Shown: positions 30,933 to 44,597 of the stretch, in pieces
How positions within the stretch are numbered: the stretch's first letter is position 1
How the letters are laid out: each line of letters starts with the position of its first letter
Source: the human T2T-CHM13v2.0 reference genome, Homo sapiens
Strand: one strand, 5' to 3'
Assembly: GCF_009914755.1 (NCBI RefSeq)
Contig: NC_060929.1
Length of the DNA stretch: 64,000 nt
Translations under genes and position numbers: made by a program
Notes under the pieces: generated by a model
The model's input: the letters and a program-made list of their open reading frames with translations, nothing else
Told to the model about the DNA's origin: nothing
Databases searched by the model: none

Positions 30933-31419
30933 CTTGATGACAATAAGGGGGTTGATGATGTTCTAAAGCAGGAATTGTAAATGTAAAGGCATTCAACTTC
31001 AAATGCTTTTAAAACACAGTGGAGGCAAACCAAACACCTCTGTGGACTTGTATTAGTCAATGTTTATGACCTGACTAGTTTATGACTTCCATTAAGCATA
31101 GACATACACAATTAATGTAGAGCCATTATAGAGGATGATTGTTCAATTAAAGTAAAATAAGACAAAGCAAACAAATATAGGAGTAATGGCACCCTTAAAA
31201 TAGCATGTCTATGAATCAATAGATATTTATTGAGTATTTAACATGTACCTATTATTTATTTGAGTTAATTATTCATAGAGCTAATGAAACAAAAATGGTC
31301 AATTCAGTTGCTCATGTGAGTTACTTCATTCCTTTTTGGGGTCCCAAACTGGTCACAACCACATGCTACTTGGAGGGTTTGTCCATGGTTCTTACCATAA
31401 GTTGGGGAAATAGAAGTAG

Positions 31420-32094
31420 AAACAAATTCTTTTCCCAACCCAGAATCCTCTCCATAAAGATAGAAGAGAAAGAAGACACTTTCATGATTGAACAAGCACT
31501 AAAGCAGAATGTGATGCACATCACAGGCAAAAGATTGCAAAGGCAGAAAAAAAACTTCACTCTTTTATATAGTCAAGTAAATACAACCTGTTACATATGT
31601 GTTTTAAAGATAAACAATAACTTATTCTAAAGTAGGAGGACTTGAAAGCATCATTTTTTTATACATAGTTCATCCTCAGTTTACCTGGTAATTGGGGTGA
31701 CCACCTGTGTTAGCTAATTAATTGACTTTACCCAGGGGAAAAACAAACTTCCCATCTCTTTATGGCAGAAGGTAGTTTTGCAACTGGAGCAAGGAACTAA
31801 CAATAGTTAAGCTCTTACCCTCCCACAGAAATGGGAAGATAGGGGTGCTATCTTTTGATGTTTACATTTCAAAGAGATATCTCCAAGGTCCTTGAAAAGA
31901 CATTCCTTGGTTATAGAACTGACAAATGGCCTATCTAGTTTTTATAGGATTTTTATGCATTTCCAAGAGAGGAGAAAGTAATTACAATTACAAATGTGAA
32001 TTAAATGCTCAGAGAAAAAGGAGGGAAGGAAAATCTCCTTTTTTTGAAATACGAAGACTTAATTTTCTTATTTTTAGTTTGTATTTGTTCTTAC
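31420..32094 (-). mobile_element. ERV1 solo LTR, MER31/MER67-like
   Basis: Minus strand starts tgtaagaacaaatacaaactaaaaataagaaaattaag; contains tacatttcaaag...ggtccttg. Confidence 0.7.
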
Positions 32095-34154
32095 ACATAC
32101 ACCTGACATGGATCACCTGAACATGGTTAATCTCCATTTCACGGATGAGTTTCTGAGGCACAGATAAGTAAATTACCTAATCAACAGTTGATGGTTCAAA
32201 TTAAGGTTTTATACATTTTTAAAGTTGGCAATTCATGGTGTATCTCAGAAAAGAAATGAGTATACTCCAGATAACCTTTCATATTAGTTAGCATTCTTTC
32301 CTTATTACAAGAACCTTGGGGAGAAACTCTTGACTGCTTTAATTTAAAAAGAATTGCTTATTAATTTTTTCAATATGCAGACCATTTACTATGTTAAATC
32401 AGCCTGATGTTAGAAATGTTTAATTGTTAACCACAATGGGATTGGTAGTATGTCATTCTAGTAGGAAGTTTTTCAAATATTCTCACCAAATGTGAATTTT
32501 AGATCAACTAAATAATCTGGAGGAAAATAAAAAGGAAAAGAAAAAGGCAGAGGAAGTAGATCTTGTGATAAATTCTCTTTATGTGCTTGATAGGAGCCTG
32601 AGGCTGCAGATGAGGAATAAAGGATTTCGATACTGGTAGCAATGATGGTGGTAGGAAGTGAGTGGTGGTGATGAGGAGGATTTCTGGGGGACTTAACACT
32701 TGACATTCTTTTTGCCCTTATTTCGTATTTTCAGTTCTGAGAGATTATCTGCTTTTAGTTTCTGCTAAGACGCAATGAGGTTGTTGAGTTCAGTTGACTG
32801 ATTTATGGAATCAAAGTTCAAATAAAGCTCCCTGATTACTCTCTTTTTTTAGTCTGACATTTTATTACATGGGCAGTAACCTTGCTCTGTGTGCTGTTTT
32901 AATTCATGGCCTTATCTCACAGAAACCTTTGCTGTGGACAAAGTGAAAACATTTATTTGGAATAAACAGTTTTCTCTTCTGCTCCAGTTTTTTTTAAAAT
33001 ATATATATAGCTTTTATGACATTTTAAAGGCATTATTCTTTACAGACATCAGGCAGTTCAATTCAAAAGTGGCCTTAGTGACTCACAGACATGCTTTGCA
33101 TCATTGCTGAGCTTCGGGTAGTGCAGCCTCCTGGCTTAGCAGATGTTCTTGCATCTTGAATAGGTCTGGTCAGAGAATTGGGAACTCCGGATCTATTTTT
33201 ATAGCTTAAAACATTTGATGACCTTCTGAGGAGTATCCTTCTGCAAAAAATGTAAAGATTAGTGATTCCAAAGTGTAAAACTGAAAACTTGAATTAAACG
33301 TTATTTAATTTAGATTAGAAGTGTGTTAGAGAACATAATTATTTATCTTGTGGCCAAGTGAGAGAGAAAGAAGAGCAGCAGCAGCTTTTTTAGTTTTGAA
33401 GTTGGAATGGAGCATGCAGCTTGGATCCAAAGACACAATATGATGCCTCCTACTTTTTCCCTTGTTTCTAAGTCTAGGTCTTGTGACCCTCTTCCTTGGA
33501 AAGCTAGGTTTATTCCATGTGGAAAAACAAATGAGGAGTTGGAGTTGAAATTGTTTACTTTGACTTTGTTTCTTTTAGGGGGAGTTATGGAGGTGGAGGG
33601 GAAGACTCTTGAGAAGCCTAAGGAGTGAGAAGACAAGTGCCTTTCTTACTATAAAAATAATTAAAAGCAGAACACTTGTAGAGGAAACTGAACACACAAT
33701 CGAAAACGCTTGAGACTTGCAGGGTTTGTATGACATACTACCTTTCTCGTTGAAAGATATTCCATCAAATTTAGGTTGAATAAAAATTGGTTAGGATTTG
33801 AGTTAATAAGTTTACCTGTTCTTTGGTCATTTCTTATTTCTGTCACCATTATTAATTGTCCTTCAATAGCCACAATGTCAAAGGCACGCCTCTGTTTCTT
33901 GCTGACCTCCGTGCAAAGAATGGCAAATTTACTTATATGTCTTACTCCTTATGTGCAGAATTTATTTGAAGAATTGTATATTTCAAAGAGAAAAGTGGCA
34001 CTAAATATGTACCTTGGTTTTTATGGTTGACAAATGTAAAAAACAGTATTTGTAATCCTTTGAGAATCAGCAGTGGTCAAGCTATGATGCAAGGCAGTAT
34101 AAATTAGTTTTTCAGCCCTATGGCAGACATGAAAACAGTGCTCCTTGTTACTGT

Positions 34155-35535
34155 CTTTTTCTTCTGATTTTTTTAAAATTATACTTTAAGTTCTAGGGTA
34201 CGTGTGCACAACGTGCAGGTTTGTTACATATGTACACATATGCCATGTTGCTGTGCTGCATCCATTAACTCATCATTTACATTAAGTGTATCTCCTAATG
34301 GTATCCCTCCCCACTCCCCCCACCCCATGACAGGCCCCGGTGTGTGACGTTCCCCTTCCTGTGTCCGTGTGTCCTCATTGTTCAATTCCCACCTATGAGT
34401 GAGAACATGTGGTGTTTGGTTTTTTGTCCTTGAGATAGTTTGCTGAGAATGATGGTTTCCAGCTTTATCCATGTCCCTACAAAGGACATGAACTCATCCT
34501 TTTTTATGGCTGCATAGTATTCCATGGGGGTATATGTGCCATATTTTCTTAATCCAATCTATCATTAATGGACATTTGGGTTGGTTCCAAGTCTTTGCTA
34601 TTGTGAATAGTGCCACAATAAACATACGTGTGCATGTGTCTTTATAGCAGCAGGATTTATAATCCTTTGGGTATATAACCAGTAATGGGACAGCTGGGTC
34701 AAATGGTATTTCTAGTTCTAGATCCTTGAGGAATTGCCACACTGTCCTCCACAATGGTTGGACTAGTTTACAGTCCCACCAACAGTGTAAAAGTGTTCCT
34801 ATTTCTCCACATACTCTCCAGCACCTGTTGTTTCCTGACTTTTTAATGATTGCCATTCTAACTGGTATGAGATGGTATATCATTATAGTTTTGATTTGCG
34901 TTTCTCTGATGGCCAGTGATGATGAGCATTTTTTCATGTGTCTGTTGGCCGCATAAATGTCTTCTTTTGAGAAGTGTCTGTTCATATCCTTTGCCCACTT
35001 TTTGATGGGGGTTGTTTGTTTTTTCTTGTAAATTTGTTTGAGTTCTTTGTAGATTCTGGATATTAGCTGTTTGTCAGATAAGTAGATTGCAAACATTTTC
35101 TCCCATTCTGTAGGTTGCCTGTTCACTCAGATGGTAGTTTCTTTTGCTATGCAGAAGCTCTTTAGTTTAATTAGATCCCATTTGTCAATTTTGGCTTTTG
35201 TTGCCATTGGTGTTTTAGACATGAAGTCCTTGCCCATGCCTATGTCCTGAATGGTATTGCCTAGGTTTTCTTCTAGGGTTTTTATGGTCTTAGGTCTAAC
35301 ACTTAAGTCTTTAATCCATCTTGAATTAATTTTTATATAAGGTGTAAGGAAGGGACCCAGTTTCAGCTTTCTATATATGGCTAGCCAGATTTCCCAGCAC
35401 CATTTATTAAATAGGGAATCCTTTCCCCATTTCTTGTTTTTGTCAGGTTTGTCAAAGATCAGATGGTTGTAGATGTGTGGTATTATTTCTGAGGGCTCTA
35501 TTCTGTTCCATTGGTCTATATCTCTGTTTGGGTAC
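34155..35535 (-). mobile_element. 5'-truncated LINE-1, L1PA4/5-like
   Basis: 3'UTR plus ORF2 C-terminal fragments (34494-35126, 35127-35535). Candidate TSD tactgt(c/t)ttttt, with TTTT/AA at the right flank. Confidence 0.95.
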
Positions 35536-36122
35536 TGTTTTTTTTTTAAACAAAAACAAAAACAAAACACACACATCCCAATGTCCAATTCTGGGTCATG
35601 TTGATGACTTCAAGATTGGAGACTGGGGATATGGGGAAAAGTAGCCAGATCAAAGAAGATAGGAAGCTGGCTAATCCAAAATGAACACCTAGTTATGTGC
35701 AAATTTATTTTTCCATTTCCAGAAAATAATAGTCCATTCACCCGCTTAGTCGTATTTTTATTCCCTAAATATTAAATCACACATAGACAGTTGTAGAAAT
35801 AATAGATGAATCAGCTAGCCACCTAACTAGTGTAAACTCAAGGATTTGACAACATTTCTCCTGCCTAGAATACTGGAACAACCTAAGGCTAATATTGAGT
35901 TTTTTTTCCTAAGAGTTTCCTGTTGCAAAAATGCAAATGCACTTCAGACACGCAATTTCCTTGGAGCATCACAAATTTAGAACTTGTTCTAAATAAATTT
36001 ATTAGGCAATGCCCTGGAAAACTCATTTTGATGGAATGGAGACAGAAACAATTTGAGGCCACCGTGGGTATCTAGAACAGAGGCTGACGGGTATCTAGAA
36101 CAGATGGCTAAGTTTGTAGGAC

Positions 36123-36813
36123 TGTAACCATCCAATGGATTCACTTTGCTCACTGCCTAGACAGAGCTGATTTATCAAGACAGGGGAATTGCAATAGAGA
36201 AAGAGTAATTCACACAGAACCTGCTGTGTGGGAGATCAGAGTTTTATTATTACTCAAATCAGTCTCTCTGAACATTCAGGGATCAGTGTTTTTAAGGACA
36301 ACTTGGTGGGTGGGTGGAAGCCAGTGAGCTAGAAGTGCTGATTGGTTAGGTAGAAGATGAAATCATAAAAACTTGAAGCTCTCGTGCTGAATCAGTTCCT
36401 GGGTGGGGCAACAAGATCAGATGAGCCATTTTATCGGTCTGGTCAGTGCCAGCTCATCCATCAAGTGCAGAGTCTGCAAAATATCTCAAGCACTGAATTT
36501 AGGAGCAGTTTAGGGAGGATCAGAATCTTGTGGCCTCCAGCTGCATGACTCCTAAACCATAGTTTCTAACTTGTGGTTAATTTCTTGTCCTACAAAGGCA
36601 GCCTAGTCTCCAAGCAAGAAGGAGGTTTGTTTTGGAAAAGGGCTGTTATGGTCTTTGTTTTAAACTATAAACTATAAACTAAATTCCTCCCAAAGTTAGT
36701 TCAGCCTACACCCGGGAATAAACAAGGACAGCTTGGAGGTTAGAAGCAAGATGGAGTCAGTTAGGTTGGATCTCTTTCACTGTCTCAGTCATAATTTTGC
36801 AAAGGTGATTTCA
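36123..36813 (-). mobile_element. LTR8 solo LTR (ERV1)
   Basis: Minus strand begins tgaaatcacctttgcaaaattatgactgagacagtgaaagag and ends ...ggttaca. 4-bp TSD ggac at 36119-36122 and 36814-36817. Confidence 0.9.
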
Positions 36814-37212
36814 GGACAGAAATGACTGGAGATATAACTGACCTTTTCCACTATTTTATAAAGGACTACTTTTGTCCTCACAACTTTAACATATGCCAAA
36901 TATTTAGCCATGCCAACATGAGTTTTCATGCTGATATTTGTTACTTTGGCACATCAAAGCAATGTGGTAATGTTATATAGATAGGGAAAGAAAAGTTCTT
37001 ATTAGTTTAGCCTGTTATACAGGTTAGCAAAGAAATGATTGGCAAGGGGGAGCTTTTGTATACTATCTGTCCCATAATCCTGTGGAGTGCTACATTGAAA
37101 AAAATTGATTCATATTTCCTTCTACAAAATAATAAATAAAAAGTACTAGGTGAGGAGTGGGATGTACGCCTCATATTTTATTTAGTACTTAGATAGCATT
37201 TTTGATGTGTTC

Positions 37213-37610
37213 TGCAGTGAGCAGGTCTATACAAACCTACTCCTGAAGGCGGAGGAAACTGAGAGGCTGAAGAAAGAAGCTGACCAATTCAGTTTCTCAG
37301 AAATAAACATTTAATAGGATTTTATGAGCAGAAGCCACTTCTTGGCAGCCATGGGACAAGATGCTGGATCCGCATGCAGTTACCCCCACCCCCACCAAAC
37401 CTAGGGCTTATATGCCATAGGAAATTTGCCTAAGGGTGGGATTTATGGTAATTATGTGTTTATGATATCATCAAGGTTGTTTTGACCCAAGGGGCGTATT
37501 TACAGTATGTATGTGAAAGTAGAAGTCTTAGAGGCATTCCCAGAACAGGGGTTAATCAGAAGTCAACATGGTGGATTAGAATCCAAGATGAAGTCGCTTT
37601 TGCCCCTGCA
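37213..37610 (-). mobile_element. Solo LTR, LTR47-like
   Basis: gagcaggtctatacaaacctac...ccaagatgaagtc resembles the recalled consensus; tg...ca termini. Confidence 0.55.
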
Positions 37611-38869
37611 ATATGCAATTCAAACAAATTAATGGATAAATATTTTAAGTGAGCTCATAAAACAAGAAAACATTTTAATGAGTATTTAAATCCAATAAGT
37701 CCCAAACTTTTGATGTCATGACACACACAGAAAATTATAATATTTGGGGTAACTGGAGTAAAGGGAATAGACATTTAGGGGTCAAACTGAGTTGATAAAC
37801 GTCTCAGCCCCTAAAACCCATTTCAGTGTCAGCTGCAGAAACTCTGCCTCAACAGTTGAGTAGAATAATATTGCTATATTTCAATCACACAATTTATAAT
37901 GGTTTCCAATATTGTATCAAGTGACAATGATGCTTAGAAATTAAATAATAAATCTATTTCCATAAGATCAGAACTGTGAAACTAGAACAAAGCTAATATA
38001 TTGTTTAGTTTATAAACTTTACCTTTAAAATTGTGCTTAAACAGGTTATCAGAATGAATGATTACCTTCTTTATGTACAAACAAATGTCCTAATCCCTTC
38101 TGTATGGCTAGTGAGTAAAACGATCTCTTTCAGACTATTGCATTACTACCTGGAAATAGGTGCCTCAAACTTAATATGTCTAAAATTGAACTCCATCATC
38201 TCTGCCAATCCTGCGACTCCTGTGTTTTCAGTTTCTGTAAATAGCTCCACAATCTTTCCATTTAACCTAGTCACTCATCTGGCTACATGCTTTTAGTTTT
38301 TGCACCCCTATATAGAATTTGTAATATAACAGGTCCTATTGATATTCTACTTATTAAATTACAAAAACAAATACTTTAAAAAATAATAAATTTAAACTTT
38401 TCAGAGTGCGTAAAGTAAAAAAGGGAAAGTTTCTGGCTTGTCCCTTTGTTCCCTGTAAGATTGTGAGGGGCCATATGAAATGTGTCTCAGAACTGCATGC
38501 CGCACGGAAGGGAGCTTAGGTGTACCCAGTATGGGCTGAAGTGAGGCATGTTCACCTTGCACCTGGGCAAGGCTGGTCAAAGTCTACGGAACTGGCCAAG
38601 GCAGCAGTGTTTGTAAGAAGTGGGGATGAGGCCACTGAAGGTAGCAAAAGAGGTGTCTGATAATATATCCTTATATAATTTTATCTGCATTCTGTACATA
38701 TACAATCATGCACTTCTTTTAAACAAAATACTGAATTACATCTTTGTTCTACATCTTAAAAAATAACAAAAATATGGCTGGCAACTTTTCATGTCAATAT
38801 TTATAGAATTATCTCATTCTTTTAAAGTTTTTTTTGGAGGGGATCTATTGCATTGATGTATAACAATGT

Positions 38870-39456
38870 TGAAACTGCCTTTTCAAAAATCATAACTGAG
38901 AAAAGTATTACAATGAAAGAGAGCTGACTTAACCTACTCCATCTTGCTTCTAACCTCCAAGCTGTCCTTGTTCATGTCTGGATGTAGACTGAACTAACTT
39001 TGGGAGGAATTTAGTTTATACTTTAACTTTGAAACAAAGATGATAACAATCCTTTTCAAAAACAAACCCCCTTCCTGCCTGGGGACTATACTGCCTTTGT
39101 AGAACTAATAAATTAGTCACAAGATTAGAAATTATGGTTTAGGAGTCATGCAGCTGGAGGCTGTAAGATTCTGACCCTCTCCAATAGCTCCTGGGAATAG
39201 CATCAGTATTGTAAAACCTAAGATCAGTGCTTGAGACAACCAATCAGCAAACGTGACTCACTGGCACCTACCCACCAAATTATGCTTAAAAACCCCTGAT
39301 CCCTGAGTTTTCAGGGAGACTGATTTGAGTAATAATAAAACTCCGGTCTCCCATACAGGTGGCTCTGTGTGAATTACTCTTTCTCCACTGCAATTCCCCT
39401 GTCTTGATAAATTGGCTCTGTCTGGGCAGTGGGCAAGGTGAACCCAATATGGTAAA
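38870..39456 (+). mobile_element. LTR8A-like solo LTR with internal deletion
   Basis: tgaaactgccttttcaaaaatcataactgag start; homologous to 36123-36813 in opposite orientation; segment missing near 39237. Confidence 0.88.
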
Positions 39457-40007
39457 ATAGAATTTTTCTGCTGATGGAAACTGGTTTCCAATTTATTTTA
39501 TTTTATTTTTTTGTTATTGCAAACATCAATACAATAAACATCCTTAAACATATATTTTTGCTTTTGTGTTATTTATTAGATTTCTAAAATATCTGTCAGT
39601 ACATTTTTATATTTTTTTATATAGTCTTGTATATCGTCTTACAAATAAACCAACAAAATGAGGACCTGATATGAGAACACTCACTATGGATACTGTAGAA
39701 AATCAAATGCCTCCAATGACTGTTTTTGGTAAAAGAGCCCAGCAGTCTCTAGGTCTTCAAATTTGCCCTCTAAAGTCTCTTGTGGGTGTATCTGGTAAAA
39801 GCTAGTCATAAGTTTGTATACTAGGAGAAAGGATGCTGGGAAATATAAATTTTGGATTCAACCTGGAAAAAGTGGTAAAACTATCAAAATGGAGAATGTC
39901 CAAAAGTCTTTGGATAACCACAAATGACAGATTTCCATCACACCCAGTCTGCCATTTTGTGTAAAGCTTCATTTTTTTCTTTAAAAATTTCAAATATTCT
40001 GATATTT

Positions 40008-40560
40008 GTGTATTCATTCATTCAGTACACATTTATTGAGAGTCTATTATGTGCCAATCACTGTGGTTTTTAGTGGAAATACAATGGTGGTCCTGACTTC
40101 CTGGAGTTTTAGTTTAGTAGAGGAGACAGACATTAATTACCACAGAAATAAATTTAGCATCACAAATGTGATCATTGTGAAAAAGGGGAGGAAGTAGTGT
40201 GCTGAGAGGATATATCAGGGATAATTGATCCACTAAGAAAGGTCATCTAAGAATTTGCTCATGAAGTGGTGCTTGAATTGAGATTTGGAGGATGATTAAG
40301 CATTGATTCAATTCAGGCATTGAGGGAAGAGTGTTACAGGCAGCGCAGATAACATTTTCAAAGTCTGGGAGCAGGAGTGCACCTGCTAAATATAAGGATT
40401 TGAAAAAACATTATGGTGATTGAAGTATACAGAGCGAGAGAAAATGTAGTTCTGAATGCTCCTGGAAAGTTAGGTAGAGGCCAGACCATGAAAGGCCTGT
40501 GGCTAAGATTAGCATTTTGGTCTTTGGCAAGTCTCAGCCTCAGGATTTAGTGTGGAAAAT
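40008..40560 (-). mobile_element. L2 (L2a-like) 3' region
   Basis: ttcattcattcagtacacatttattgagagtctattatgtgcca is a canonical L2 tail. Confidence 0.8.
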
Positions 40561-43378
40561 AGCTTGGAAGATTTGAGTTACCTTGGATGTACAAATTTGG
40601 AGGCGATCACAGTTATTCAGAGAGGAAATACCCAGTGCTCAACCCAAAGAAATGTTTGACATATGTTGGCTGAATAAATGAAGGAACTAAATGACAAAGG
40701 CAATACTGTACATTTTCTAAGCAATAGTAAAGAAAAGATAAAGGTAGCTGGAGGGAATTCTGTGAAATTTGATGAACAAATCCAATATAGAGTGGAGAAT
40801 AAAGAAGCTATTTGATACAGATTAGCCAGGCATGAGATTTCTACTAACTGAAAATACCAAGTTATAACACAGAGAACATCTAGGCTGCATATAATTATTG
40901 TGTTTAGTTCAGGTTATTCATTTTGAGAATTTAACATTTTCATTGTCTGGCTGATGAGATTTCCTAGTAATAACATGTAAACAGCTCAGTAGAAATCTAT
41001 TAATTTAGATCTTCAGGTTGTGTAGAAGCTTCCTTAAGAAACACTCAGAGCCTACCAAATGTACTGTTAACTATGCTGGTTAACAAAGTCGTTTGTAGAA
41101 AGGAAATAATCTGTCATGCCTTGAGTTTACATGTTAATGGCCACTGAGGAGTCAGAAAGGAATTTAGTAGTGTAACCTGTAAATGTTTTTGTATGTCCCC
41201 AAAATCTCAAAATGCTATGAATGTCAGTATAAATAATAACCTTGAATCAAAAGCTACCATAACAGCTACCAGCACGTAAATGCAACATTTATAAACATAG
41301 CAAAGAAAATATCTCTCACAAACTCCAAGTTCTCTTCATCAGCCACACAAACAAATTCAACACAAACCAAATGTTGTTACCTAATTTATTTGTAATTCTT
41401 CCTTGAAATACTATGCAGGGAGCCTTATGCTAGAGCCTAGAGGCAATTGACAAGATACAGCAAGTCTTATAGCTGAAAAAAATTCTGTTCTATAAATTCT
41501 TGTTCATTTTCTCTTTTTTCGTTTTTTAGTAAACTTTAATCCTTTTGCCCTTAAATTTTTCTTGTCAAAAGTAACATCATCCTCCATTTTAACATCCCAT
41601 TTTGTCCTTGTTTACTTACAAAAAAATGACTCTTAAGTCATAGTTTCTCATTCCCGTTGAGTGGGCTAGATCCTCCTTGACGGAAAGAAAGGGTTAAGTC
41701 AGCACTCAAAGCAACAAACTCCCTTGGTTTTCAGCAAGTCATGTCAGAATGAGTTCCTTTAAGTTAGTGATAGAGAGGAGAAGTCACATGGGTTTAGGAT
41801 TTATCTGCATTTGATCACAGACATATTTGTGAAAGAGCATATATCTTCATTACTCAAAATTCCCCTAACTTACTGGGTTCTGCAACCCAGCCTGTTTCCT
41901 AGGCCCTCCACCACAATTTAGCTAAACCTCATATTTTCCCACTTATTTCTATTTACCTCATTTGCATGATAATATAATTAATGGAAGAGAGTAGTCTGTA
42001 AGCGGAACAGTAGGGAATAGGCTTGTTTATAAGCTTTACTCATATTCATTAATATGTCTTTCTCCTGTCCTTCCAGTCACCTTGGAAATCTCCCACCTCA
42101 TCTTCCTTAAAGTTGGGCAAATTAATTACCACAAATAGGTTGTGACTGGAGGTGATTTGAGCTGCTTTTGGGCCAAGGCATTGAATTTTCCAAGCAAGAG
42201 ACTTCAGCTGTCTTTTTCCCTGCCACGTTAATCATGAAGACACAAGATCAAAGCAGCCTAATTGCTGAGCTGCCAGAGGGATGACACAGCCTTGAAAGTC
42301 ACAGGGATTGATGGAACACTTTCTGTGGGACATAAACATTTACTATATTATATCACTGAGATTGTGTGGAATTATTCATTCCTGCAGCATAACCTTATCC
42401 ATCCTCACCATTACACTGAAACATCTAACCTAATTAAACACGACATTCTTGACTCACCTAGTTCTTTTAATTTACTTATTTTTAAAAATTTTGTGGTCAC
42501 ATAGTAAGTGTATATATTTATAGGGTACATGATATGTTTTGATACAGGTGTGTAATTTGAAATAAACACATCACAGAAAATGAAATGTCCATCCCCTCAA
42601 GCATTTATCCTTTGAGTTACAAACAATCCGATTACATTGTTATTTTAAAATATACAATTAAATTATTATTGACTATAGTCACCCTATTGTGCTATGAAAT
42701 AATAAGTCTTATTCATTATTTGTATTTTTTTGGTATCCATTAACCATCCTCACTTTCCCCCATCCATCCCCATACCATTCCCAGCCTCCAACCATTCTTC
42801 TACTCTCTATGTCCATGAGTTCAATTGATTTGCATTTTAGATCCCACAAATAAGTGAGAACATTAGATGTTTTTACTTTTGTGTCTGGCTTATTTCACTT
42901 AAAATAATGATCTCCAGTTCCATTCATGTTGTTGAAAATGACTGGATCTCATTCTTTTTATGGCTGAATAGTACTCCATTTTATATGTGTACCACATTTT
43001 CTTTATCCACTCATCTGTTGATGGACACTTAGGTTGCTTTCAAATCTTAACTATTGTAAACAGTGCTGCAACAAACAGGAGTGCAGAGATCTCTTCAATA
43101 TACCGATTTCTGTTCTTTTGGGTATATGCCCACCAGTGGGATTGCTAAATCATATTATAGCTCCATTTTTAGCTTTTGGAGGAACCTCCAAACTGTTCTC
43201 CATAGTGGTTGTACTAATTTACATTCCCACCAAGTGTTCAAGGGTTCTTTTTTCCCCACATCCTCAACAGCTTTTGTTATTACCTGTCTTTTGGATATAA
43301 GCCATTTTAACTAGGGTGAGATGATATTTCATTGTAGTTTTGATTTGCATTTCTCTGATGATCAATGATGTTGAGGTC

Positions 43379-43759
43379 TGATGAGTTTTGGCGCTGGTCC
43401 CCACCAAAATCTCATCTCGAATTGTAATCCCCACGTGTTGGGGGAGGGGCCTGGTGGAAGGTGATTGAATCATGGAAGCTGACTTCTCCCTTGCTGTTCT
43501 TGTGAGAGTGAGTGAGTTCTCATGCGAGCTGTTGTTTGAAAGTGTGTGGCACGTCCCCCTTCACTCTCTCTCCTGCTCTGCCATGGTAAAGACAAGGTTA
43601 CTTCCTCTTCACCTTCCACCGTGATTGTAAGTTTGCTGAAGCCTCCCAGCCATGCTTACTGTATAACCTGCAGAACTGTGAGTCAATTAAAGCGCTTTTC
43701 TTCATAAATTACTCAGTCTCACGTAGTTCTTTATAGCAGAGTGAGAACAGACTAATACA
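43379..43759 (+). mobile_element. MSTA-like MaLR solo LTR nested in the L1
   Basis: aaatctcatctcgaattgtaatcccca...gaacagactaataca; L1 sequence resumes colinearly on both sides. Confidence 0.9.
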
Positions 43760-44206
43760 AGTTACCTTTCATATGTCTGTTTGCCATTTTTATGTCTACT
43801 TTTGAGAAATGTCTACTTGAGTCTTTTGCCCATTTGCTAATTGGATTATGAGACTATTTCCTGTGGAGTTGTTTGAGCTCCTTAAATATTCTGGTTATTA
43901 ATACGTTGTCAAAGGAATAGTTTGCAAATACTATCTCCCATTCTGTGGGTGTTTTCACTTTGTTTCTTATATCTTTTGCTGTGCAGGAGCTTTTAAACTT
44001 GATGTGATCTTATTTGTCCATGTTTGCTTTGGTTGCCTGTGCTTGTGAGGTATTGCCCAAGAAATCTTTGTTCAGATTAATGTCTTGGAGAGTTTCCCCA
44101 ATGTTTTATTGCAGTCATTTAATAATTTGAAGTCTTAGATGTAAGTCTGTAGTCAATTTTGATTTGATTTTTGTATATATAGAGAGATAGGGGTTGTTTT
44201 GATCTG

Positions 44207-44597
<391 letters not shown>

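Noticed and set aside
36123-39456. LTR8 pair as the two ends of one provirus
   Set aside because: They are in opposite orientation, are different subtypes, have no internal ERV sequence, and the left LTR has its own TSD.
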